The position numbers were made by a program, and so were the translations under genes. Of a stretch of 48,197 nt of DNA, positions 17,620 to 25,690 are shown one piece after another. The number at the start of each line of letters is the position of its first letter. Position 1 is the stretch's first letter. Below the pieces are notes generated by a model, which saw only the letters and a program-made list of their open reading frames with translations, did not search any database and was not told the origin of the DNA. Source of the DNA: a virus (lineage: Duplodnaviria; Caudoviricetes); the IMG/VR virus record IMGVR_UViG_3300044630_000989, positions 1 to 48,197 of that record; one strand, 5' to 3'.

Positions 17620-19475
17620 TTGGTTTCCTTTGGCTTCTTTTTCTTTGGATTCATAATTGTATCAACATGGACATCATTGACTCCTGGACCATCTTCCTTC
17701 TCAACTTCATCCATATCAACATAAAGGCGCTCTGCCTTACCGCCGATTGAATAGCCAAGAATTTCTCCTTCTTGAACTTTCTTCCACGCCCAAGGCTCCC
17801 AGATAACACCAAGAAATACTGTGTTTGGCGGGTATGTATGGCTTACTTCTAATCCGCTTAGAGTTTTTATGGGAACTGTTAATTCGTATGGGAACGCCAT
17901 AACTTCTACCCATTCTCCAGCAACCACATCTCGGTCATGCTGTAGACGGATACGGCGGTCATTGGTCTTTACATAATCCCAGACTGCTCGTTGCAACTCA
18001 TCTGCATCTGTCCATTCACCATGGGCATCAACTCGATCTGGAATATACATAGCCCCTAGCGTGTAACGCTTGGCATCGTCAGCCTTTGTAACCCCATAGG
18101 CTCCAATGCGTGTGGCTTGCTCCTGATTCTTTGAAAGTTTCTGCCACGCTAGTGATTTCTTGGCAGGTGCATCAATAGCCTGACCTTCAAATCCGTTGGC
18201 AGTAGACCATTCAAGAGAAATATCTAATGCTTCTTTTGCTGTAACGGATAAGCGATAAACAGGTATCTTCGTTCCTGGATTATCAAAAGCGAAGCCAACT
18301 GAAGCGCCCCAGGTATGGTGACCATCAATTACGAAACCATCGCTTGAAATCAGGATTCGTTCGTCTTGTGGAATTCCACCTTCCTCGCGGAATTTGTTAT
18401 AGATGGCTCCAGAGCGAGATGAGGAAATTTCTTTCTGAACTGGCTTCAAAGTTGTTGGGTCTACTTCTTCAGCCGTTGATGTGATTCCGTCAGACTGCTC
18501 AATCTCAGCAAGAAAACGAGCGCGTTCTTTGCCAGGAATCTGAGGCATATCTTTACGAGCGATTCCCATACCCTCATCGCCAAATAAGAGTGTCCCATCA
18601 ACGCTTAACTCAGTAAGGTCTGGATGGTCTGTTCGCTTTGCCGCTCCCATAAGAAAGGCAGAAACATTCTTAGCCTCGACATGAGGATGCTTTCCATCTA
18701 AAATATCTTGAGCAACATCGTTTGCCCAATTACCGTGAGTCTTTTGATCGTGCTGTCCTGGGTTATGTTTTGCAACTTCTTTTTCAGCCCGAGCAATTAT
18801 GGTTTCAGCCCATCTAAATCCAGCATCTCCACCCCAGGCATCCCAGGCAACTCGACCCGCTGAAGGGAATCCCTTTTCGCCTTGGCTAAAACCAATAGCC
18901 TTTTTGTCTACTGCATGGCGAGCCAAAAATGATTTCATTCGCTTTATAGTTGCAAGCGAGATACCTTCTCCAGATGCCAACTGACCTGCGCGAGAGCGAC
19001 CAATTCCAGTAAAGCCATCTCCAGCCTTGCCTTCAGAAATCCAATCAAGCGCTCTACGGGCTGCGGTACGGACTGCCATTGGCGGCACGAATGTCTCAGC
19101 CTTTTCTACATTCTCTACGGTAGGCGATTTTTTGATAACTTCCTCAAGGCGCATTTCGTACCCAGTAGTAGTTAGGAAAAGTTGCACATTGGCAACTGAA
19201 GAACCTGTTGATTTAATAACATCAGCGATCATGTCTGCTGGGAGTGAGCCAGTAAGGGCTTCAAGATTAGCGTTCTTCATAGTGTCTACGAGGATTTCGA
19301 ACTCATCCCAGACATCGTTATCGGGCGCTTCTAGCCCACGGCGCAACATCTCATTTACGGCTAGGTGATGCACTTCCAATACCTCTGGAGATGCCTCAGA
19401 TTTATGAAGGCGCTCATGCAGGGCGCGTAGTTTATCTGCGCTTAACTGGATTAGTTTTGGTGCAATATCAGCCAT
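17616..19475 (-). CDS. Polyprotein with XkdF-type prohead serine protease, ParB-like domain and further domains
   Basis: C-terminal YTLGAMYIPDRVDAHGEW...RLQH...GYSIGG (XkdF/S78-like); ILISSDGFVIDGHHTW (ParB/Srx); TIKRMKSFLARH...VAWDAWGGDAG domain; one His tag. Confidence 0.8.
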   Translation of the reverse strand: MADIAPKLIQLSADKLRALHERLHKSEASPEVLEVHHLAVNEMLRRGLEAPDNDVWDEFEILVDTMKNANLEALTGSLPADMIADVIKSTGSSVANVQLFLTTTGYEMRLEEVIKKSPTVENVEKAETFVPPMAVRTAARRALDWISEGKAGDGFTGIGRSRAGQLASGEGISLATIKRMKSFLARHAVDKKAIGFSQGEKGFPSAGRVAWDAWGGDAGFRWAETIIARAEKEVAKHNPGQHDQKTHGNWANDVAQDILDGKHPHVEAKNVSAFLMGAAKRTDHPDLTELSVDGTLLFGDEGMGIARKDMPQIPGKERARFLAEIEQSDGITSTAEEVDPTTLKPVQKEISSSRSGAIYNKFREEGGIPQDERILISSDGFVIDGHHTWGASVGFAFDNPGTKIPVYRLSVTAKEALDISLEWSTANGFEGQAIDAPAKKSLAWQKLSKNQEQATRIGAYGVTKADDAKRYTLGAMYIPDRVDAHGEWTDADELQRAVWDYVKTNDRRIRLQHDRDVVAGEWVEVMAFPYELTVPIKTLSGLEVSHTYPPNTVFLGVIWEPWAWKKVQEGEILGYSIGGKAERLYVDMDEVEKEDGPGVNDVHVDTIMNPKKKKPKETK

Positions 19476-19506
19476 GGCTACATAGTAGCGGATTGAATTA
19501 CAACCG

Positions 19507-19653
19507 TTATTTAGTTTCCTCTACCTGGATTAGATTCATCTCTATCATCTTATCCAGAATAGCAATTTCTCTTTCATCTGGAGGACCAGAAATATCTGAG
19601 GGCATAGAGGCATTAACCTTGGCTATCGCCTTGAGTCTTTCTTGTCTTTTCAT
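19507..19653 (-). CDS. Small hypothetical protein (48 aa)
   Basis: MKRQERLKAIAKVNASMPSDISGPPDEREIAILDKMIEMNLIQVEETK*, starting immediately after the upstream stop; below the ORF-track cutoff. Confidence 0.55.
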   Translation of the reverse strand: MKRQERLKAIAKVNASMPSDISGPPDEREIAILDKMIEMNLIQVEETK

Positions 19654-19654
19654 A

Positions 19655-21550
19655 TTATGATTTTACCGCACTTGCTGGCTTTTCCCTAGCGGTGCCGTCA
19701 TAGACCAAGCCATCGCCATCTCTATCAACTGGACCTTCAAAGAGGTTTCTGCCTTCAGGGGTAAGAATCTTGACATACTTGAGATTGAGGTCCTGAAAAA
19801 GCCTCTCGCCAGCCCAAGTTACCGCCTTCTTTGTATCGCCAGTAACAGGGTGTTCATATTCTGATGTGGTTTTGTCTTTATACCCAATCATTAGAAAATC
19901 GTTAGGCAATGGGAAATCCTCATCCCTGAAGTCTTTTATAGAATCCCAGCGCGGTCCGTTTTCATCGGAAACATATCCGTTGGTCGCTCTTTCCATAAGG
20001 GCATCAAATTCTAGTCTTGCGGGTTCTCCAAATTGGAACTCATCAAGCATCCGTCCGCTATAACTTCCTGTAATTCTGGCTTCCACAATATGCTCAAAAT
20101 TTTCTTGGCTTGATTCTGGGTCCCAGTCAAAACCATCACGCGCCCACACGCGAGCGCCATCCCAGCCCGTTCCAACCGTGATAGCGCCAAAACCTCTTTG
20201 GGTATACCAATCTTCAGAGCGGTCAATAAATTCTTTACCAAATCCTAAACCTTTATAGTCATCGTCAAGTTTTAATAACTTATGTTCTACTATCCAGACC
20301 CCATCTTCTTTATAGAATACTCGTTCGAACTCACCAGCATAGTTTCCGTTGGAATCTTCAATGTTGCCTGTTACGCTAATGCCAGCATCACCTGTAGGCG
20401 TATCGCTCGTCAAGCCCACATATTGAATCTCGGAACTCAGCGTAGTAACACCATCGCCAGCAGCGTTTACAACGGTGTGATCTGTATTGAAGATTTCCTC
20501 AAAGAACGGTTTGACATCAGAAAGCAATGACTCGGTATCTCCGCCGTTCTGGTCCATCCAAAGTCCAGCAAGGTCACCAGGACCGCTGTTTTGAATAAAC
20601 TCATCAATCATTTTTTCTTGTTCTTCATCATAAACTGTGTTGTAATCAGCATCAGGATTTTCTTCTATAATCGCCGCAACCCGTTCTTCAATACCCTCTA
20701 TGGCTTGCAAGTAAAAAGATTCCTCATTTTCAACCAGCAGTTTTAGATCGTCATAATCTGGCTGCGCTCCGCCGCCTTCAAGGATTGCCTCTAAATCTTC
20801 AATGGATGGACCGACCTCAGCCAGCGCCTCCATACGAGCGCGTTCTTCTGGTGTGTAGCCGTCAGCCCAAGAGCCGTGCGTAGATTGATCGTGTTTTTGG
20901 TGTTTGAATACAGGTATTAACCCAGGTGCAAAACGAATTACTTTGTAGGCTTTGCCAACTTCTCCCAGATTTTCTGGGCGTAGGCTTCGATTTCTGAATC
21001 GCTCATATCCGCGATGTTCTTTGGTATCTCTACCGCTTCTAGTTTTTCCGACATTACCCGTTCCTCCTGTTTCGATTTCAGCGAAGTTAGTTACATCCCA
21101 AATAGAAATTTGGTCTTGCTTTTGCCCTGCTGAGATTGCTCTCTCTCGATCTTGGATGTTTTCCGATACATCAAGATAAACCTGTCCATCGTCCTTATTA
21201 TGCCATAACCCCAGGTAGTTTTTACCACGCCCGAGTTCTTTTTTGTGCTTCTTGAAATAATCAGCCAAAATCTTCGGACCCTTGATTGGGTCATAGAAAT
21301 CATCTGCGGAGACGATAGAGCCGAACTGAGCGCCCTTTGCGACCATGTACCCGCTAGTAGGTTCTGAGCCATCCACCATATTGACGGAAAGACCGCCGTT
21401 CTCGCGCACACGCGTAAGGATTGATTCGGCAACTCCAGCGCCCATTCCGCCTCTAGCCCAGTTACCGTGATCAGACTGTGTGTGGGTGCCATGCTTTTTG
21501 ACACCCCTAATAATCTCAATATCCTCAAGCATGGTTTTGAATTTATTCAT
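19655..21550 (-). CDS. Polyprotein: tagged unknown domain plus tagged GNAT acetyltransferase domain
   Basis: Two His tags; GNAT motif A LDDDYKGLGFGKEF...GARVWARDGFDW; C-terminal DRDGDGLVYDGT. Confidence 0.7.
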   Translation of the reverse strand: MNKFKTMLEDIEIIRGVKKHGTHTQSDHGNWARGGMGAGVAESILTRVRENGGLSVNMVDGSEPTSGYMVAKGAQFGSIVSADDFYDPIKGPKILADYFKKHKKELGRGKNYLGLWHNKDDGQVYLDVSENIQDRERAISAGQKQDQISIWDVTNFAEIETGGTGNVGKTRSGRDTKEHRGYERFRNRSLRPENLGEVGKAYKVIRFAPGLIPVFKHQKHDQSTHGSWADGYTPEERARMEALAEVGPSIEDLEAILEGGGAQPDYDDLKLLVENEESFYLQAIEGIEERVAAIIEENPDADYNTVYDEEQEKMIDEFIQNSGPGDLAGLWMDQNGGDTESLLSDVKPFFEEIFNTDHTVVNAAGDGVTTLSSEIQYVGLTSDTPTGDAGISVTGNIEDSNGNYAGEFERVFYKEDGVWIVEHKLLKLDDDYKGLGFGKEFIDRSEDWYTQRGFGAITVGTGWDGARVWARDGFDWDPESSQENFEHIVEARITGSYSGRMLDEFQFGEPARLEFDALMERATNGYVSDENGPRWDSIKDFRDEDFPLPNDFLMIGYKDKTTSEYEHPVTGDTKKAVTWAGERLFQDLNLKYVKILTPEGRNLFEGPVDRDGDGLVYDGTAREKPASAVKS

Positions 21551-22422
21551 TTATCCACCCTTTGAAAGACTGCGACCCCATTCTCAGACCCTATACCTGT
21601 TCTATATCCTAGAAATAACAAGTCTGTGTTACGAGGCAATAAAACTTCTTTCTCCCTATCTGAAACTCCACTCGTATCATCAACGGAGGTTCTGTAAAGG
21701 TCTACTGCAATCCCTTTGCCACTTTTGCTTGGGCTTGGGAGAATGACGGCAACCGTGTCGGGGGTTTCAGACATCCCGCCAAGGTAATCTCGTAGTTCTG
21801 TATCCCTGGTTATATCTATACGGGTTGTTGATAGGAAACCTTTCTCTCTGAGAATGTCGCCTTCAGAAAGTTGCCCTAAAACAAGGTCATCTACAACTCT
21901 AAACAAAGTCGTATTTCCGAACATATCTGGAGCCTTTTCAATTAAAGAATCTAAACCATCAACCTTTTGTTGAAGATATTCTATTTCGTAAGGCGCAGAA
22001 TCTTCAAAACCTTTTGGGTCGCGAAGAAATGCGTTTATATTTTTATACCCCTCTTGAGAATAACTATCTATAGCATCATGCTCAAAGGTCTCAACTCCAA
22101 CGATTTTGCCGTCTTTGTCTACTCCATAGCGCTCGCTGTAAACCATCAATGCTGGGTCATATTCAGATTCTTCATCGAATGTACCCAAGGTTAATAAGTC
22201 TGGATAATTCTCACTTAAAGCCCAATTACCGTGGGTTTTTTGATCATGCTCTTGGTGTTTGGCTACATTTTCCCCGCGAAAGATTTTTTGCCATTCTTCG
22301 GGATATTGACTCAAATCCAAATCATTATCTACTAATTCCATCAGACGGACTTTATCTTGCGAGGTAAGTGTTTGAGCAAAGTCAGCAAGAATTCGGGATG
22401 TAGTTGGATTATCTGTAATCAT
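21547..22422 (-). CDS. VIP2/C3-like (R-S-E) ADP-ribosyltransferase with His tag
   Basis: YS..GY..IN..LR, TLFRV, GFLSTT and catalytic EKEVLLPR motifs. Confidence 0.85.
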   Translation of the reverse strand: MITDNPTTSRILADFAQTLTSQDKVRLMELVDNDLDLSQYPEEWQKIFRGENVAKHQEHDQKTHGNWALSENYPDLLTLGTFDEESEYDPALMVYSERYGVDKDGKIVGVETFEHDAIDSYSQEGYKNINAFLRDPKGFEDSAPYEIEYLQQKVDGLDSLIEKAPDMFGNTTLFRVVDDLVLGQLSEGDILREKGFLSTTRIDITRDTELRDYLGGMSETPDTVAVILPSPSKSGKGIAVDLYRTSVDDTSGVSDREKEVLLPRNTDLLFLGYRTGIGSENGVAVFQRVDK

Positions 22423-24680
22423 GGTTTCAACACCGCCACCGCTGTTCGATTGAGAATGATAGTAGAAGGAACTCCATTACCAGTAGATACATAACCATCA
22501 TATCCCTGTGCCGCCATAATCCTGCCCAATTCTAAAAGTGGGGAATTCGCTGGGTCTCTCATCTGATTCTTGGCAAGTTCTACTTGTTCGTAGGTGGCTA
22601 TTTTTGCAGTAGGAAGGACTGCGATTCTTACAACTTCTCCCGTACCCCCGTCTATATTGGCATAGGCGCTCGCTGTATCTACCTTATGTGTGGTGTAGAT
22701 GCCATTTCCGCTTACACCTAACCCCGCACGATACTCCCCTTCCGCAAATTCAGTAATAATCTCGTCACCGTCTACTAAATTGCCATCGCCATCTGTGTAT
22801 GGGACTACCCCTCGGTATCTTTCGTAACCTCCAGATTTTAGAATCTCATCGAATTCTTCTTGGGTTACTAATTGAGCGGGACCATCGAAACCTTGTTTTT
22901 TTACTATTGCTCTTAGGGCTTCGTCTGTGCGCTTTTCTGGTGGGTTAAATGGTGAATAGACTGCTCCTTCAGATAAAAGCATTGGGTCATTAAAATCACC
23001 ATTGATTAAATCTTCACCAGAAACTATCCCCGTAGCCCATGAGCCGTGTGTTTTCTGATCATGCTCTTGGTGCTTTTGAACTGCCGTTCCAATATCTGTC
23101 TTATTAACCGTGAGATGGGTGGCGTTAAACAAAACTATCTCTCCGCCGTGAGGTTGGTATCCGTCATAACCCTTAGCCGCCCAATAAATGTTATAGGCAT
23201 CGGATATGGAAAAGTTATCAATTTCCCCGCTGGTTATCTTAGGTAGCAGACTTGCGAAATCTACAAAGTCAGACTTAAAGGGAGTGCTAGTTGTATCAAC
23301 TGCAAATGCCTCTGATTCTGTACGGAGAATGTTTGCACTATCGTCTAATTTCATACGAACTACTTGACCGTATGTTTTAGCATCATCTTGATGAGGGGTC
23401 GCATATATGCCTTGCCCCCATGTCTGGAAAGGCGTGAAGGGAATCCTGCCATCTACTAATTGTTGAGCATCTCGCTCTGGATTACCTAAACCGCGATAAA
23501 GGTTTTCTTCGCCTTCAGGGATAACCGCCACTTTTGGCTTGAGACTTTTTCCTAAACGCTCAGCAACTTTCTGATACATCTCCTCAATAGTTTTTGTATT
23601 ATGCAATATGTCTTGAATCTCGCCATCGGTTAATTCCGTGGTTGTTCCTTGAGAACCTTCAGCCCAGTTTCCGTGGCTAGACTGGTCATGTTCTTGATGT
23701 TTTTTAACCGAGCGGGATTCTTCCCAGATTTGTTTTGCTTCCGCTTTAGATTTAGGCATCGCATCCTGCTGTTGCTTTGCTCTACTCAAGGCTTCCTCAA
23801 TAGGCATCCGCCTTACTTCTCTTAATCTTGAAAATGCTGAGGGTCTAATAAAAAATCCTTGGTTACCAGATTGATCTGGGAAAAAATCTGCTGATGTGTC
23901 TGCTAAAGGTTTTGCTGTGAAAGATAAATTGCTGACATCGTACTCAATAACAGTTGAGCGACCCACGGCGTAATCTTGCCAAGTTTCAGGGTCGCCAACA
24001 AATAGTCCTGGCTCGTCCGAGGTGCCACCAGTCCTGCTCATTGGTTTGAAGTTTGGGTTTAACTCAAAACCTGTATCCGCAATGTGCCAAGCCCTCGGTC
24101 TTAATCCTTGTAAACTTACTGCGTTACTAAACTCCTCAAAAGTTTCATATTGGCTTGCTTGTTGCAGTAATAACTCGCGTGTTGAGGCATCACCTGTTTG
24201 ACCCGTAGCCCAAGAGCCGTGCGTGGACTGGTCGTGTTCCTGATGCTTTTTAACTGTTGTGTCCCCATATAACTGACCCCACTCATAACCAGCAATAACT
24301 CCTTCACCCCAAGGCATAAATTCAGTTCTTCCGTACTTGTCGGAAAACTTTTGTGCTAGATGCGTGGATGCTGGAACGATTGTCTTTCCCCAAAAAATAC
24401 TATGCTCGGGAAATGAAGAATAAAGTTTTTCTAACACTTTAGTCGCATAACCTTTGCCTTCGTCAAAAGAATCTATTGAATCAATGTCAAGTCGGTTATT
24501 TCCTAGATTAACAAAATCAACAGAAGCCAAAGTGTTTCCATTTTTGTCTTGCATTGTCAATGAATTTCTGTCTTGCTTAAAAGAAACGCTATCTCCAGCC
24601 CAAGAACCATGGGATGACTGGTCATGTTCCTGATGTTTGAAAACTGGGATAAGCCCAGGCGCGAACTTGATTACCTTCAT
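22419..24680 (-). CDS. Four-module polyprotein: GNAT-like plus three ART-like domains, each behind a His tag
   Basis: Start moved to ATG 24680 (ATGA overlap with the MuF stop). Modules: IDSIDSFDEGKGYATKVL; AWH...GLFVG..Y; LYRG..GQGIYAT..GYDG..EIVLFN; RYRG..GNGIYTT..GYDG..IILNRTAV. Confidence 0.7.
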   Translation of the reverse strand: MKVIKFAPGLIPVFKHQEHDQSSHGSWAGDSVSFKQDRNSLTMQDKNGNTLASVDFVNLGNNRLDIDSIDSFDEGKGYATKVLEKLYSSFPEHSIFWGKTIVPASTHLAQKFSDKYGRTEFMPWGEGVIAGYEWGQLYGDTTVKKHQEHDQSTHGSWATGQTGDASTRELLLQQASQYETFEEFSNAVSLQGLRPRAWHIADTGFELNPNFKPMSRTGGTSDEPGLFVGDPETWQDYAVGRSTVIEYDVSNLSFTAKPLADTSADFFPDQSGNQGFFIRPSAFSRLREVRRMPIEEALSRAKQQQDAMPKSKAEAKQIWEESRSVKKHQEHDQSSHGNWAEGSQGTTTELTDGEIQDILHNTKTIEEMYQKVAERLGKSLKPKVAVIPEGEENLYRGLGNPERDAQQLVDGRIPFTPFQTWGQGIYATPHQDDAKTYGQVVRMKLDDSANILRTESEAFAVDTTSTPFKSDFVDFASLLPKITSGEIDNFSISDAYNIYWAAKGYDGYQPHGGEIVLFNATHLTVNKTDIGTAVQKHQEHDQKTHGSWATGIVSGEDLINGDFNDPMLLSEGAVYSPFNPPEKRTDEALRAIVKKQGFDGPAQLVTQEEFDEILKSGGYERYRGVVPYTDGDGNLVDGDEIITEFAEGEYRAGLGVSGNGIYTTHKVDTASAYANIDGGTGEVVRIAVLPTAKIATYEQVELAKNQMRDPANSPLLELGRIMAAQGYDGYVSTGNGVPSTIILNRTAVAVLKP

Positions 24681-25687
24681 CGAGTGCCTCGGTCTGGAGG
24701 GATGATCACGAAGGTGCAGCGGCAATTAGGGTGGACTATGGGCTTCTCCAGCCCGATAGAGAACAGACCAATCCAAGGGACAACTTCGCCATTCAAAGGC
24801 GCACAAATGTCGCAGGTGCGCTCGTCTGGGGCTGTAATCCACATCTTCATGGTCGCAGGGTCTATGTATCCCGCTTCATCGGCTTGGCGATAGCCTTCCA
24901 TTCGCCCTTCATTCTGGGCAATCTGAATCTCTGTACGAGCGATCATGCGAGCGCGAGCGCCCTTGAGCCTGTCTGCGTAGGCTGTTGCAGATTTCTGGGC
25001 GCGTTCGATTGCTTTAGCCTCTTTAATACCAGCCGCGATGAGGCGGTCTAGTTCTCGAATCTCGAACTTTCTAACGGCATCAGCCCACTTAGGATGGAGA
25101 CCAATAATGTTTTTAATTCGAACTGCTGTCCGTCTTACATCAATTCCCTCATTGAATGAATCAATAATGATCTTACGGATTGCCTGACGGGTAAGGTCAT
25201 CAATACTTGTCACCAACTGCCCAGCCCTGCGAGCGGCAAAGGCTAGTGAATTAGGGTTTGTTTTATTAAAAGAAAGACTGAAGGCGACTGGCTCTGGATT
25301 TACTCTTGCCCAATTCGGAATCTTTGTAAATTCCATTCCAGCCATTGCGCCAGGGTTAGCAATTTGAACTTGGGTAGGCTTAAATGCTGGCAACGCTAAA
25401 ACTGGGGCGATCTTTTTTAATCCCTGGATTGCTTCAACTCCACCAATGTCAATGATGCTGAGCAACTCGGCTTCAATCTTAGGAGCATCTTCATTGATAG
25501 AGATTGCTCGGAGCAAGCGGTCTAAAGTATCTGCATCTAGGCGAAAAAGAATCTTTGCCAACTCATCCACTTTGATTTTGTCGGTTGCATTACGAATCGC
25601 ATTAACGAGAACGCGAGCCATCGCCGCTTCTTCTGCGTTAAGAGGATTTCCCGAGCCATCAGAGCCAGAGCCGAACCTAATTGCCAT
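24677..25687 (-). CDS. MuF / SPP1 gp7-like minor head protein
   Basis: RARMIARTE, KMW.T..DERTC..C..L.G and HPNCRC motifs; directly after the portal gene. Confidence 0.9.
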   Translation of the reverse strand: MAIRFGSGSDGSGNPLNAEEAAMARVLVNAIRNATDKIKVDELAKILFRLDADTLDRLLRAISINEDAPKIEAELLSIIDIGGVEAIQGLKKIAPVLALPAFKPTQVQIANPGAMAGMEFTKIPNWARVNPEPVAFSLSFNKTNPNSLAFAARRAGQLVTSIDDLTRQAIRKIIIDSFNEGIDVRRTAVRIKNIIGLHPKWADAVRKFEIRELDRLIAAGIKEAKAIERAQKSATAYADRLKGARARMIARTEIQIAQNEGRMEGYRQADEAGYIDPATMKMWITAPDERTCDICAPLNGEVVPWIGLFSIGLEKPIVHPNCRCTFVIIPPDRGTR

Positions 25688-25690
25688 GCT

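Larger units (their letters stand above)
17392..24638 (-). repeat. Dispersed in-frame 42-48 bp coding repeat (His-rich peptide tag), 9 copies
   Basis: Copies at about 17392-17433, 18723-18770, 20864-20905, 21455-21496, 22219-22260, 23034-23075, 23661-23702, 24207-24248 and 24597-24638. Seven encode KHQ[EK]HDQ[SK][ST]HG[NS]WA; two are variants. Confidence 0.9.

Noticed and set aside
17392-24638. Nine ~42 bp repeats as a CRISPR array or DGR template/variable repeats
   Set aside because: They are in-frame, irregularly spaced hundreds to thousands of bp apart, and vary at synonymous positions. No cas or reverse transcriptase gene is present in the window.
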